A stretch of DNA of 64,000 bases from Candidatus Thermosaccharophagus tengchongensis (GCA_032161105.1 JAVHTD010000010.1), one strand, 5' to 3'; positions 18,280-28,872 are shown, counted from the first letter of the stretch. Made by a program: numbers and translations. The notes: generated by a model not told the origin, from the sequence alone.

Positions 18280-19281
18280 TTAAAACTCAACCACAAGCGG
18301 CTGATAGCGCATGAGCTTGAGGGCATAAATGTAATCCTCTCGCTTCACCAAACCCGGGTGCTTCCCAAGCAGTGCCACAACAACGCCCTCCATCACATTT
18401 GCCCCAAATGTGCGCCCATCAAATTCGGGCGTTGTGGTCACAAGCATGCGAACACGCCTCTTGCGCAACTCACCAATATCATCTTTCGTGGTCGTATTCG
18501 TGAGGATGACTTTCCCGCTCAAGTCACCCGGGATGTATCGCCTTATGAGGTGGAAGTCGCCGGCAATTATTTCAGCCCACGAGTAAAGGTTGGCAAACTT
18601 CGGCTCAATCCTCTCCTGAAGCTCACCAGTCGGGTAAACGAGCTTCATCGGTAGGTTCGTTACGAACGGCACAAAGATGTTGCTCAGGATGAGATACAAT
18701 AGCCAAGAGCGGACTGGCAAGTTCACACCGAGGCAAAACGCTAAATCGCCAAAGCGCAAGTCGCAACCGGCTTCGTATAGCGCCCTTGAGAGTGCAGCCC
18801 TGTCAACCGAACTCACAACGAGAGTCCTCCTGCCGAGGAAATCAACTATGCCATTTCGCTGCAGCCAATCAACCACGAGTGGCTCAACATGATTCTTCCA
18901 ACCACTGCCATCAACGACTGGCGTCAACTTCGGTATGCTCGCCAGCTTGAGAGCCTGCCTGAATGCATATCTCCTGTTGCCGCAATAGAGGTAAATGTCC
19001 ATTCCGCCAAAGCAAATTACATCGGCATCCCCGTCAACTTCCATGATGATCTTCACAAATTTGGCTATGTCGCCATCAGTCCCTATGCGCTCAATGTGAA
19101 ATAGCTTTCCACCAATCTCAACTTCAACAGCCTTATTCCGCAGCGATGTCCCGAGGCTCACACTCACAATGCGCTTTACATCGCTCGCACCTTTGGATTT
19201 GTGAGACAAGCCATTAGCACTCACCCTGACCACTTCTCTCTCCAACTTGCGTCTTCCACCGATAGCATTTGAAGCCCGCAT
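18280..19281 (-). CDS. Conserved protein of the family often labelled 'quinate 5-dehydrogenase'; function uncertain
   Basis: VSVSLG, ERIGTDGD, PVVDGSG, FGDL, YPTG, IAGDFH, LTNTTT, TTTPEFDGRTFGANVMEG. Confidence 0.75.
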   Translation of the reverse strand: MRASNAIGGRRKLEREVVRVSANGLSHKSKGASDVKRIVSVSLGTSLRNKAVEVEIGGKLFHIERIGTDGDIAKFVKIIMEVDGDADVICFGGMDIYLYCGNRRYAFRQALKLASIPKLTPVVDGSGWKNHVEPLVVDWLQRNGIVDFLGRRTLVVSSVDRAALSRALYEAGCDLRFGDLAFCLGVNLPVRSWLLYLILSNIFVPFVTNLPMKLVYPTGELQERIEPKFANLYSWAEIIAGDFHLIRRYIPGDLSGKVILTNTTTKDDIGELRKRRVRMLVTTTPEFDGRTFGANVMEGVVVALLGKHPGLVKREDYIYALKLMRYQPLVVEF

Positions 19282-19290
19282 GCTATCTCA

Positions 19291-19536
19291 TCATCGGCGC
19301 ATCAGATTCAGAAGCCAAAGCAGAAGGCTCAACCCAAGGCTAAAGGCAATGCTCAGCAGGATACAAGTGGTCAACGGAAAGTAAAAAGTGAACCCGTCGC
19401 GGCGGTAAAGTATGTCTCCGGGCAACGGGCGAATTGATATGCCAAGTTTGCTAAGCACCCATATGCCAAATCCGACCCCGAGGAGCAATGCGCCAAGTGC
19501 CGTGATCACTTTCGCAAGATGGCTGAGGTCGTTCAA
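19291..19536 (-). CDS. DUF2905 small membrane protein
   Basis: Two TM helices flanking LPGDI...FTFYFPLTTCILLS. Confidence 0.9.
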   Translation of the reverse strand: MNDLSHLAKVITALGALLLGVGFGIWVLSKLGISIRPLPGDILYRRDGFTFYFPLTTCILLSIAFSLGLSLLLWLLNLMRR

Positions 19537-19765
19537 ATGCCCTCACCCCTCTCGTTGAGGCTCAGGAGGGCAAAAGCCGCTTCAAACATTCAGATGCCTC
19601 AATATAGATGATGACGCAAATGCCACAAAGGCAAGCCCCATGTGCTAAAGAAGTCCAAAGCGGGCGCGCAAAGCCAACTTGGGCTTACTTTTGAGCCCGC
19701 TGATGCGCTACAATGGAAGATGACGAAGGTTAACATGTAAACCATTTTTGAATGGGGTGAGTGTA

Positions 19766-21298
19766 ATGGTGAGGCACGGTGGAGTTGGTCACTTGCCGCG
19801 CCCAATTGCGCTGGCTAAAGCTGCGCTTTCTTTTTTGGGCTCAAGCACATATGCCCTTAAACTCTTCCTCAGCGGAGAGCGAATAGAAGCTCAAGTGGAA
19901 CTTGCAAGGGCATTAGTGCGCCATGCCATCCCACTGCTCAAGGATGCTACAAAGCAGGACATGCTCCGTTTCCTAAAGATGCTTGAATTTATCGCGAGGC
20001 GCAAGCTGCATAAAGACCAATTGCGCCAAATACAAAAGCTGGTTGAGCAGGACCATCCAGCAGTGGGGTTGCTATGGAGATTGTTCAGGGAGGCAAATGT
20101 CAACTGCTTGCAACATTTGTTTGAGGGGCTCGGAGTGAATGCAGTTTGGCTCGGACACATCAAGCGGAGGGAGTTCGTAAGGAAGCATGGCTTCATACCG
20201 CCATTCCTCATACTCATAAGCCCAACGATGCGATGCAATTTGAATTGTGTCGGATGCTATGCTGGTCTATACCCGCGCACGAAAGACCCAATGAGCTTTG
20301 AGACGCTCGACCGAATCATCCGAGAGGGAAAGGAGATGGCGATTTACTTCTACACCATCACTGGCGGCGAACCGTTCTTGCGAGAGGACCTGCTTGACCT
20401 TTACGAGTTGCACAACGATTGCGTCTTCCAAGTTTACACCAACGGGACATTGTTCACGCCAAAGCTGGTTGAGAGGTTAGCCGAGCTTGGCAATGTTTAC
20501 CCCGCAATCAGCATTGAAGGCTATGAGAGGGAGACGGACGCAAGGCGTGGTAAAGGTGTCTTCCGAAAGATAATGGACGCAATGGACATGCTTAAGGAAG
20601 CGGGCATTATTTTCGGCTTCTCAACGACTGTGACACGATACAACGCCGATGTAGTTTCTGACATATCATTCTACGACTTCCTGATTGAGAAGGGCTGCAT
20701 GTTCGGATGGACATTCCTCTATGTTCCTGTTGGGAAAGACGATGACCCGGACATGATGGTGACTCCCGAGCAGCGTGATAGGCTCAGGCGAGTTGAAATT
20801 GAGGTTAGAAAGACACGCCCACTTGCATGGTTCGACTTCTGGAGCGACGCACCGTTGAGTGATGGCTGCCTTGCGGCAGGAAGGCTTTACATGCACATCA
20901 ACTATCGCGGTGATATTGAGCCATGCGTATTTGCTCACTTTGCGACGCACAATATCCACAACTGCACATTGATTGAAGCGCTTCAATCGCCATTCTTCCG
21001 TGAGTATAGGCGAGTGCAGAGGGCATGCAAAAATCGCCTTCGCCCGTGCATCATCATTGACCACAATGAACTGCTTGAGGAGGTCATCAAGAAGACAAAT
21101 GCTCATCCGACACATGATGGTGCTGATGCGATCATCACTTGCCATGCTCAAAAGCTGCGTTCGTGGTCGGCGGAGTATGCCAAGCTCGCTGATAAAGCAT
21201 GGGAGTCCGAAGAATACGACTGGGCGAGGAACGGATGGTATTGGGCATGGGCTGAAGAGGAGGATGAGCTTGAAGGCGTATTGGCAAGCGAAAGCTAA
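19766..21298 (+). CDS. Radical SAM protein with SPASM/twitch domain
   Basis: CNLNCVGC, GGEPF, YTNGT, GCLAAG...GDIEPC...C..RPC. Confidence 0.92.
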   Translation: MVRHGGVGHLPRPIALAKAALSFLGSSTYALKLFLSGERIEAQVELARALVRHAIPLLKDATKQDMLRFLKMLEFIARRKLHKDQLRQIQKLVEQDHPAVGLLWRLFREANVNCLQHLFEGLGVNAVWLGHIKRREFVRKHGFIPPFLILISPTMRCNLNCVGCYAGLYPRTKDPMSFETLDRIIREGKEMAIYFYTITGGEPFLREDLLDLYELHNDCVFQVYTNGTLFTPKLVERLAELGNVYPAISIEGYERETDARRGKGVFRKIMDAMDMLKEAGIIFGFSTTVTRYNADVVSDISFYDFLIEKGCMFGWTFLYVPVGKDDDPDMMVTPEQRDRLRRVEIEVRKTRPLAWFDFWSDAPLSDGCLAAGRLYMHINYRGDIEPCVFAHFATHNIHNCTLIEALQSPFFREYRRVQRACKNRLRPCIIIDHNELLEEVIKKTNAHPTHDGADAIITCHAQKLRSWSAEYAKLADKAWESEEYDWARNGWYWAWAEEEDELEGVLASES

Positions 21299-21389
21299 CG
21301 GCAAACCGCATCCATTGAATGGGAATGACCACAATTACACGCCGGGAGATATTACGGGGTTGCATTCCATCGTGCGTCAGGTGAGAGGG

Positions 21390-21752
21390 TTAGCTCTGCA
21401 CCTTGATGTCAACCGAATAATCCCACAACCCGTGTATGTTGCAGTATTCAACGGCATACAGTGTTGCTGACTTTTGCAAGCGCATCGTGAATGTGACCTT
21501 TGGCTCAGCAAATGTAGGACCAAGGTCAAATGTGGCAATGTGAACCGGGTTGCGCCCATCAATAGCCGCAAACACTTGAATCCACTTGATGTGGTGTTCA
21601 ACAGTGTTTGGATGTGGGACCTCCTTTCCGACCGTCACGGTGACTTGGAACGGCTCATCAGATTTGACCTCACTTGGAGCATCAATTACTGGAACATGCT
21701 TCTCCTTCCCCTCGCGCTCCGGTGGGTAGAAGATTTCACCAACTCGCTTCAT
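21390..21752 (-). CDS. Superoxide reductase, class II (neelaredoxin-type)
   Basis: EKHVP, HPNTVEHHIKWI, YCNIHGLW. Confidence 0.93.
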   Translation of the reverse strand: MKRVGEIFYPPEREGKEKHVPVIDAPSEVKSDEPFQVTVTVGKEVPHPNTVEHHIKWIQVFAAIDGRNPVHIATFDLGPTFAEPKVTFTMRLQKSATLYAVEYCNIHGLWDYSVDIKVQS

Positions 21753-21940
21753 GGTTCTCACCCCCGATGCCGTTTTGGCTGTATACTCTTGCGAGCTTTT
21801 AACAACACCCTCCATGAAGGCATCGCCAATTGCCACCCATAGCGCATACTTCCCGACCGCACACAAAAAAGCCCTCCTTATTCCTACCTCCTTAGGGGTA
21901 GAGTGCTTGCGCATCGCAACATCGTGAAAGACAAGCAGAA

Positions 21941-22357
21941 TTATTCCTCAAGCAATGTCTTAAACTCGTTATGATGCTCCTCTTCGTCGGCAAGTATTGA
22001 GCGCATCATGTGCGCCGTAACATGGTCGCCCTCCTGCGTTGCCACCTCAATTATCCGTCGGTAAAGCTCAATTGCCTCCTCTTCCGCCTTCAGGTCAATA
22101 CTTATCATCTCCTTAAGTGATTCACCGACCGTTATTTGTGCCGGTTGCGTCGTTGGCTTTCCGCCGAGGTAATCAATTCGCTCCGCGAGTGCCTCCGCGT
22201 GCTTCATCTCTGTTATCGCAATGCTGCGGAATATATCTCGGACTGCAGGGCTGCAAAGCCCCTTAGCCGTCACATGTTGCCACATGTATTGGATTGACAC
22301 CTGTATCTCACGAGCGAGGGCTGTATTGAGCAACTCAACCAACCTCTCCGACGCCAT
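21941..22357 (-). CDS. Ferritin-like (bacterioferritin-related) protein
   Basis: E..IQY..QH, EMKHAE, EEEAIELY, DEEEH di-iron motifs. Confidence 0.88.
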   Translation of the reverse strand: MASERLVELLNTALAREIQVSIQYMWQHVTAKGLCSPAVRDIFRSIAITEMKHAEALAERIDYLGGKPTTQPAQITVGESLKEMISIDLKAEEEAIELYRRIIEVATQEGDHVTAHMMRSILADEEEHHNEFKTLLEE

Positions 22358-22428
22358 CGCACTTCACCTCCACGGATGGTTTTGTTTGTTCATCACAGCG
22401 CTAATGACAATCCCCACATCACGCCAAG

Positions 22429-22905
22429 TTAACTTTGAAACTCCTTGAGCACATCTGCAAGCCTTCTGAGGTGCTCCCTCTCTTGCCCGATTATCCCCTC
22501 AACCATTTTTCGCTCCTGTTCGGGCACATATTCCCTCAGGGCTTCATAAAGTATAATGCTGTCCTTCTCGAGCGCTATCCCGACCTTGAGCGCCTCAACG
22601 AAATCTGCGCTGGCAGCAAGACGCTTGATGTCCTCGTCGCCGAGGATGGTGCGCGAGTTAATCAATGCTTGAACATAAGCCTGCCATTCGCCGGGATAAC
22701 TTTCCGAGAGGGTATATGAGCTTGCACTCTCACGCAGCCTCTCAAAATCCCTTTCGTGGTTGCGCTCCTCATTTGCGAGCCATTGAAACATCGCATGCGC
22801 CTCATCACTGGTGGCATGCTCTGCAAGCGCCGTATAAAACTTGACCCCAATGCGCTCCATCTCAATCGCCATGTCAATGACTTCGCCGCCGCTAAATAGA
22901 GCCAT
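22429..22905 (-). CDS. Rubrerythrin-type ferritin-fold protein (no rubredoxin domain)
   Basis: E..G..FY, EERNH, EKDSIILY, EREH. Confidence 0.88.
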   Translation of the reverse strand: MALFSGGEVIDMAIEMERIGVKFYTALAEHATSDEAHAMFQWLANEERNHERDFERLRESASSYTLSESYPGEWQAYVQALINSRTILGDEDIKRLAASADFVEALKVGIALEKDSIILYEALREYVPEQERKMVEGIIGQEREHLRRLADVLKEFQS

Positions 22906-22937
22906 TATTTTCACCCCCACCATTCAAAGCTAAAAAG

Positions 22938-23477
22938 CTATAATTGGACGAGCGAGAAGACATCATAACCCGCCAACCTCTCTCTCCCTTTGAGGTCAAC
23001 GAGTTCTATGACGAACGCCACTCCAACAACATTGCCACCAGCTCTCTCAACCAATTTCGCCATCGCCTGCGCAGTCCCGCCAGTTGCAAGCACATCGTCA
23101 AACACGAGCACGCGCTGTCCCGGCTGAATTGCGTCAATGTGCATCTCAATTGACTCCTCGCCATACTCAAGCTCGTAAGTGATGGATATGGTCTTGTAAG
23201 GCAGCTTGCCTTTCTTTCGCATCGGCACAAACGCAGCATTTAGCTCAAGGGCGAGCGGTGCTCCAAAGATGAAGCCGCGAGCCTCAACCGCCGTCACAAC
23301 TTCAATGCTGGCGTCCCTGTAACGGCGAACAAATGCGTCAATGACACCGCGGAACAAATCCGGCTTTTGAAGTATCGGAGTTATGTCACGAAAGAGAACG
23401 CCGGGCTTAGGGAAGTCCGGAATCGTCCTTATTGCCTCCCTCAATCCGGGCACCTCAATCCGCTCCATCGCCATCAA
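22938..23477 (-). CDS. apt: Adenine phosphoribosyltransferase
   Basis: [35 protein letters not shown]. Confidence 0.97.
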   Translation of the reverse strand: MMAMERIEVPGLREAIRTIPDFPKPGVLFRDITPILQKPDLFRGVIDAFVRRYRDASIEVVTAVEARGFIFGAPLALELNAAFVPMRKKGKLPYKTISITYELEYGEESIEMHIDAIQPGQRVLVFDDVLATGGTAQAMAKLVERAGGNVVGVAFVIELVDLKGRERLAGYDVFSLVQL

Positions 23478-23493
23478 CCTCCCACAGGCACAT

Positions 23494-24309
23494 TCAATGA
23501 CCCTCTACAATCACACGGGCACCCTTAAGAGCCTCACCGCACTTGCATGTGCGTTCCCTCGGCATGCGCTCAATCATCAGCCGTATTAGCGAGCGTGCCT
23601 TTTCAACATTCTCCGAAAAGACCCTCATCACTTCCTCGGCGCTCACCGGTTCAACCTCCCCCTCCGCTACCAAGCCAGTGTCATAGTCAGTGACGAGCGA
23701 TATGTTCACATAGCACATCTCAAGCTCCCTTGCAAGGACGCACTCTGGGTATTGGGTCATGTTTATGACATCCCAACCGAGGCTTGTAAACCACTTGCTC
23801 TCCGCCTTCGTTGAGAATCTTGGACCTTCAATGACCACAACGGTCCCTCGCTCATGCAACGGTAAACCGAGCTCCCTCCCGCACTGAATGGCAAGCTCCC
23901 GCAACTGCGGGCAGTATGGGTCGGCAGTGGAAACATGCGTCGTTATCGGACCGTTGTAGAATGTGTCATCGCGGTGCCTTGTGCGATCAACGAATTGATC
24001 GCATATGACGATATCGCCCGGCTTGATGTGTCTTTGGAGGCTTCCGACCGCGTTCGGAGCGAGTATGCGCTCAACGCCGAGTTGCTTCATCGCCCACACA
24101 TTCGCCTTGTATGGGATCTTGTGTGGCGGGTATTGATGCATCCTTCCATGCCTCGGAAGGAAGGCAACAAGCCTTCCCGCAATCTCAACTATGGTGATGA
24201 CATCGCTTGGCGGACCATACGGAGTTTCCATGCGGACCGTTTCAACTGCCTCACCGAGTTCGTAAAAGCCCGAGCCGCCAAATACACCTATCTCAGCACG
24301 CTGTCCCAT
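23494..24309 (-). CDS. mtnP: S-methyl-5'-thioadenosine phosphorylase
   Basis: GGSG, TPYG, PRHG, EGPRFST, NMTQYPE, VTDYD. Confidence 0.93.
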   Translation of the reverse strand: MGQRAEIGVFGGSGFYELGEAVETVRMETPYGPPSDVITIVEIAGRLVAFLPRHGRMHQYPPHKIPYKANVWAMKQLGVERILAPNAVGSLQRHIKPGDIVICDQFVDRTRHRDDTFYNGPITTHVSTADPYCPQLRELAIQCGRELGLPLHERGTVVVIEGPRFSTKAESKWFTSLGWDVINMTQYPECVLARELEMCYVNISLVTDYDTGLVAEGEVEPVSAEEVMRVFSENVEKARSLIRLMIERMPRERTCKCGEALKGARVIVEGH

Positions 24310-24403
24310 AAACACCACCTCGTAGCCAATTCACTATTGGCGCAATCACCATAAACAGCGAGCAAAGGAAGTGCAAAAGGCAAAGCGCACATTGCTCATC
24401 TTG

Positions 24404-24907
24404 CTACAGCCTATCAACCGGAGTGCCATAAAGTATCGGTGGGGAAAGGTGCTCCGATTGCATTATCTCAACGACCTTCCACTCACCACCTACGCGCTTC
24501 ATGCGCACATATTGCACCTCGTTCTTTGATTCAAACACAAGCTCCACTCTGAGCACAACCTCATCCTCGGAGGGTTGCTCCAACTTGGACACTGCTATCC
24601 CTTTGATGCCGTCATGCATGCTCCTAAGCTGCCTTGCAAACTCCCCCTCACTGTATTCGCTGAGCGTCAATTCAGCCCTCCTTCTCGCCTCATCAGAAAG
24701 CAGCGAAAGATACGCCTTCACATCACCGCGTTCCATTGCATTGAACATCTCCAAGGCGACATCCTCTGGCGCTTGCCGATCTTCCCTCACACTGCTGCGA
24801 TACGAGCGAAGGAGCATAGCGCTAATGAAACATATTGCAACTACAACGCTCACGCACTTTGCGACCTTTCTTCCCATCTCGCCCGAGAGTATCCGGCATG
24901 TCTTCAT
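24404..24907 (-). CDS. Hypothetical exported or membrane-anchored protein (NTF2-like)
   Basis: N-terminal hydrophobic helix; PEDVALEMF...GD...L.LL...GEWKV pattern. Confidence 0.65.
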   Translation of the reverse strand: MKTCRILSGEMGRKVAKCVSVVVAICFISAMLLRSYRSSVREDRQAPEDVALEMFNAMERGDVKAYLSLLSDEARRRAELTLSEYSEGEFARQLRSMHDGIKGIAVSKLEQPSEDEVVLRVELVFESKNEVQYVRMKRVGGEWKVVEIMQSEHLSPPILYGTPVDRL

Positions 24908-24977
24908 TTGTCGCCCTCTGCCTTCGCAAGGCAACCCATGACTCATCTCGCCATAATGCTGCATACCGTAGGCACTA

Positions 24978-25451
24978 CTACTCCTGTGGAGCTTGTCCCG
25001 CTTCTGGCTGTTGCGGTTGTTGCGGTTGTTGCGGTTGTTGTGGTTGCTGTGTTTCTGGCGGTTGCGTCTTCGGCTGTTCGCCCTCAGTGGCTTCCTTCTT
25101 CGGAGCAGCTTCGGGGAGCTGTATGCCAAGCTTGCTCAACGCATCCTGTAGCTCCCGAAATGCCTTTGAAATTTGCTCCGCAGCTAACTCAGCTTGCTTG
25201 CGTGTCTCATTCGCCTTAACCACCATGTCTTGAAGGCGCATCAGTTGGTCTTGGAGTGATGCCTTTTCCTCCCTTTCGGACTGCAGCGGCATATACCACT
25301 CATACACCAGCACCGCCGTCATGGCAGCGCCGCCAATTATCAAGCCCAAAATGAACCCCCATAGGAAACTTGCACCGGCGCGCGGTTGCGTCGGCGGCTT
25401 CACCTCAGCCTGCTGAGCTTCCGTCGGAGTTACTTCAGGTCCCTGCGCCAT
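24978..25451 (-). CDS. Single-TM coiled-coil protein with Q/P-rich tail
   Basis: GGAGGTG RBS; FLWGFILGLIIGG TM; QQP repeats encoded by 9-bp tandem repeats at about 25005-25049. Confidence 0.75.
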   Translation of the reverse strand: MAQGPEVTPTEAQQAEVKPPTQPRAGASFLWGFILGLIIGGAAMTAVLVYEWYMPLQSEREEKASLQDQLMRLQDMVVKANETRKQAELAAEQISKAFRELQDALSKLGIQLPEAAPKKEATEGEQPKTQPPETQQPQQPQQPQQPQQPEAGQAPQE

Positions 25452-25600
25452 ACCAATCACCTCCGCAAGTTGTTTGATGACTATCCACTTGCTGTCCACC
25501 ACACACTCCAACACTCACGCAATTCAAAAGTTTGCCACACCATACCGCCAGCAGCAAACTACTTTGGCGCGTGCTGTGAGTGAACACGGACAACAAACTG

Positions 25601-26020
25601 TTAATCACAATTCCACCTGAAAGTTGCCCTTGCCACAATTGGGCGCTCACTCCCGATGAGGCGAGGTATGCCCGGGAGTAACTTCGCATCGTAAATGACG
25701 GTTACAGTCACTGGTCCGCCTTTGACTCGGCTGCCCTGTGGTGGGTCAATCAGCACCAGTGCCTTGTCATAGTTTGGAAGCGATGAGAGGCGCTCTCGCA
25801 CCACCGCTATCACTTCGCTATCAGTTTTGCAAAGGGCAGCATTGCGAGCACCCTCTCTCGCTGCCGTGTTGATAAGATGCAGGTAGTTGAACATCTGACC
25901 GAAGAACAGAATACCGCTAACAATGAGCACGAGTATGATCACGCCAACGGCAAGTTCAAGCAGCGCTTGCCCGCTCAATCCCTTCCTGTTGTTGAGACTC
26001 CTCACGATGTATCGTTTCAT
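25601..26020 (-). CDS. TadE-like pseudopilin
   Basis: GQALLE cleavage motif and AAREGAR signature. Confidence 0.9.
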   Translation of the reverse strand: MKRYIVRSLNNRKGLSGQALLELAVGVIILVLIVSGILFFGQMFNYLHLINTAAREGARNAALCKTDSEVIAVVRERLSSLPNYDKALVLIDPPQGSRVKGGPVTVTVIYDAKLLPGIPRLIGSERPIVARATFRWNCD

Positions 26021-26198
26021 TCGCTCACCATCCACCTTTCCAGATGGCGCTTTGGTAGCTAACACCGTCTCGCATGGGCAAACGGCATTGCTCACAAACA
26101 TCAAAACCGCCTTTTAGGCGGCTTGATTTAGCCGCCATCAAGGTTATACCCGATACCATCCGCCAGATCCCAGCGGTGCTAACCCGTGTGGCTGATCC

Positions 26199-26675
26199 TC
26201 AACCCTGCATCAAATTGAGCACGCAACTGAGATGCTCACGCTCATCTGTAATGAGCTGTTCCACCTTTGAGCGCTCATTCTCCGGGACATAGCTGAGCAG
26301 CGCCTCGTAAAGCAGTATGCTGTCCTTCTCAAGTTGCACGGCGAACTTCAGTATCTCCTCAATGCTGCCGGATTTTGCGAGCTGCTCTATTGCTTCTTTC
26401 CTGAGGACCGTGCGCGAAGTTACAAGGGCTCGCACATATGATTGCCATTCGCCCGGATAACTCTCAGGGGTGTCAGGCGCGCACTGCTTCAACACTTGAT
26501 AAAGCTCACGGAAGCGCTGCTCATGTTGGCGCTCACATTCAGCAAGTCTTTCAAACAGCTTGCGCCTCTCATCATCCTGAGTGAAGTGAGCGACCTGAGA
26601 GTAAAATTCGGCGCCCATCCTCTCAAGTTCCACCGCCACATCCACAACTTCACATGCTGTAAACAGCCTCGCCAC
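26199..26675 (-). CDS. Rubrerythrin-type ferritin-fold protein, paralog of 22429-22905
   Basis: Shares ESYPGEWQ.YV.AL, EKDSI.LYEAL and EREHL. Confidence 0.88.
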   Translation of the reverse strand: MARLFTACEVVDVAVELERMGAEFYSQVAHFTQDDERRKLFERLAECERQHEQRFRELYQVLKQCAPDTPESYPGEWQSYVRALVTSRTVLRKEAIEQLAKSGSIEEILKFAVQLEKDSILLYEALLSYVPENERSKVEQLITDEREHLSCVLNLMQG

Positions 26676-26856
26676 AACCGATCACCTCGCAAACCGCCGT
26701 GTTTACAGTGCCACAAAAGAATTTAGCACCTCGGGAGCCTTCACCGCTCTCCTTATGCAACGGATATGCCCAACCGAAGAGGGAAGCGCCGGAGCTTGTG
26801 CGGCATTTTCGCTCTGCACACCGAAGTGACACAGAGCTCCTCACACAAACGCGGGT

Positions 26857-28050
26857 TCAAATCATGTTCATCTCAACAGGCGGCAGCGGTATCGGAAAGC
26901 ATTCCTTCAAGAGGCGTTCACCGAGTCCGCATGCGCGCACACCAGAAATTGCCTCACCGGGAGGTTGCCCGAGCATCGTCCAAACCAAGTTTGTCTCACC
27001 CGTGATCTGCAGCCATCCGCCATTCCCCCATGCCACATACCTTTCCCTTCCAGCGTTTAATTCAAGGCTGCGCACAAATTCGGATGGCAGCACGCCCTCA
27101 AAGTATGGCGACAACTTGCGCATCGTTGAGACAAAGTCAACAACGACATAGGTGCCACTGCGCCTCACCTCCGAGCAACTCAACTTCAAGCTGCTCAGCA
27201 TGCGAGAGAGCATGTCGCCACACCACACATCAATCCAAACTTCGGCATCATCGGGCAGGCTCAATGCGAGTTCACGGAGCGCTGCAAGCAGGATGAGCCT
27301 ATCTGCGGCGAACTCAAACACCCTCACCCACTTCCTTCCATTGCGCTCTTGAAGGCTTGTCATAAGCAAGTATCCGGCTGGCTCACCATCATGTTCAATC
27401 ACCATGAACTCACACTTCTGACCGGCACAGTGTTCGTAACGCAATACGACCTCGTAGTCCGAGAGAGGGCGCACAAACCTCAACGCCTCCTGCTCATAAA
27501 GGCGGGACAGAAGTGGCGCATCCTCAACTGAGGCTTTTCGCAATGATACAGGCGGAGCACTGCCGATGGCGTTAACCATCTCGCCCTTTGATGCCATAAA
27601 CCTGAGCACGCCACCGGTTGGTCTTGCGCCAGCCCTGCGATACATCGGTCTATCTCCAGAGATGCAGACGAAGTCAACGCCATTCTCCCTGAAGCGCTGC
27701 ATGGTCGCAGCCAGTATGGTGCTCGCAAGTCCCCTGTTGCGAAATTCCGGGAGTGTGCTCACGCTCCCAACATATCCCAAGCGCAATTTGCATCCGTGAA
27801 CGATGAAGTCCCTCTCAAGGCGCTGTATGACTGACACCGCACGCCCTTCATAGAACATCGCCAGTGTCTCTTCCCTTGCTCCGGGGCGAAGCGCCATAGG
27901 CCATTTGCAAGCCCCGGCTACATACTCAGGTGCACCCTGTGCTTGAAAGAAGACGGAGTAAAGCACATGAATGACGCTCTCAACCTCTTCCTGTGTTGGC
28001 GTCCTTGGTCCATCAAACGGCTCAACATGCTCAAGGCTCTCAACACCCAC
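26857..28050 (-). CDS. GNAT-family acetyltransferase (Eis-like, multi-domain)
   Basis: VGSVSTLPEFRNRGLAS acetyl-CoA motif, ISGDR.MYRRAG. Confidence 0.85.
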   Translation of the reverse strand: MGVESLEHVEPFDGPRTPTQEEVESVIHVLYSVFFQAQGAPEYVAGACKWPMALRPGAREETLAMFYEGRAVSVIQRLERDFIVHGCKLRLGYVGSVSTLPEFRNRGLASTILAATMQRFRENGVDFVCISGDRPMYRRAGARPTGGVLRFMASKGEMVNAIGSAPPVSLRKASVEDAPLLSRLYEQEALRFVRPLSDYEVVLRYEHCAGQKCEFMVIEHDGEPAGYLLMTSLQERNGRKWVRVFEFAADRLILLAALRELALSLPDDAEVWIDVWCGDMLSRMLSSLKLSCSEVRRSGTYVVVDFVSTMRKLSPYFEGVLPSEFVRSLELNAGRERYVAWGNGGWLQITGETNLVWTMLGQPPGEAISGVRACGLGERLLKECFPIPLPPVEMNMI

Positions 28051-28186
28051 TTCATCTCACCCCCACGGGATGGAGTTAAAGCCAACCGGCCTAACAGAGC
28101 CATATCTTGATTTTGCGAGCTACACTGGATAACCGTAACATTGAAGTGGCGAACCGGAGAACGGCGACAGGGATGAGTGATGTCCC

Positions 28187-28828
28187 ATGGGTGGACTCTT
28201 CATCACATTTGAGGGCATTGAAGGCAGCGGCAAGTCAACGCAGGCGCACATGCTCGCAGAGAGGCTGAAGCGCAAGGGCTACGATGTCGTGCTAACGAAA
28301 GAGCCGGGTGGAACTGAAGTTGGAGAACACCTCAGGCAGCTGCTTTTATCAGCAGGGCATTTGAGGCTGAGCGAAAGATGCGAGCTCATGCTCTTCCTTG
28401 CCGACAGGGCACAGCATGTTAGCGAGCTAATCCTGCCGGCACTGCGCAGCGAAAAAATCGTTGTAAGCGAGAGGTTCGCCGATTCAACTGTAGCGTATCA
28501 GCATTATGGTTTGGGGCTGAGCCTTGAGCTAATTGAAAGGCTGAACGAGTTTGTGACTCAGTCACTCAAGCCGCATATCACATTCCTGCTTGACTTGGAA
28601 CCGAGCGAGGGGTTGAGGCGCCTGCGACTTGTTAAGGGTTCACTTGACCGAGTGGAGATGCGTCCCATTGAGTTCCATGAGAGGGTTCGCATGGGTTATC
28701 TGGAGATGGCGAAGCGTGAGCCGGAGCGCTTCGTCATAATTGATGCGAGCCTCCCACCAAACGAAGTGGCAGAGCGAGTCTGGGAGAGAATATTTCGCGC
28801 CCTTTGCGGGCGTGACCGCACAATGTAG
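28187..28828 (+). CDS. tmk: Thymidylate kinase
   Basis: FITFEGIEGSGKSTQ, KEPGG, ADRAQH, RF.DST.AYQ. Confidence 0.97.
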   Translation: MGGLFITFEGIEGSGKSTQAHMLAERLKRKGYDVVLTKEPGGTEVGEHLRQLLLSAGHLRLSERCELMLFLADRAQHVSELILPALRSEKIVVSERFADSTVAYQHYGLGLSLELIERLNEFVTQSLKPHITFLLDLEPSEGLRRLRLVKGSLDRVEMRPIEFHERVRMGYLEMAKREPERFVIIDASLPPNEVAERVWERIFRALCGRDRTM

Positions 28829-28872
28829 CACTGAATGGCATCTTTAGGCTTCGCCAAAACGGTGAGCATGTC

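Noticed and set aside
19625..19700. Resemblance to a c-di-GMP-I riboswitch (GGCAAG...GCGCAAAGCC)
   Set aside because: I could not build a convincing GNRA-capped P2 or its receptor; it would need an Infernal hit.
24404..25129. N-terminal extension with NNR repeats on the 241-aa ORF
   Set aside because: It is an alternative-frame reading of the QQP repeat of the upstream gene; the real start is probably about 24907.
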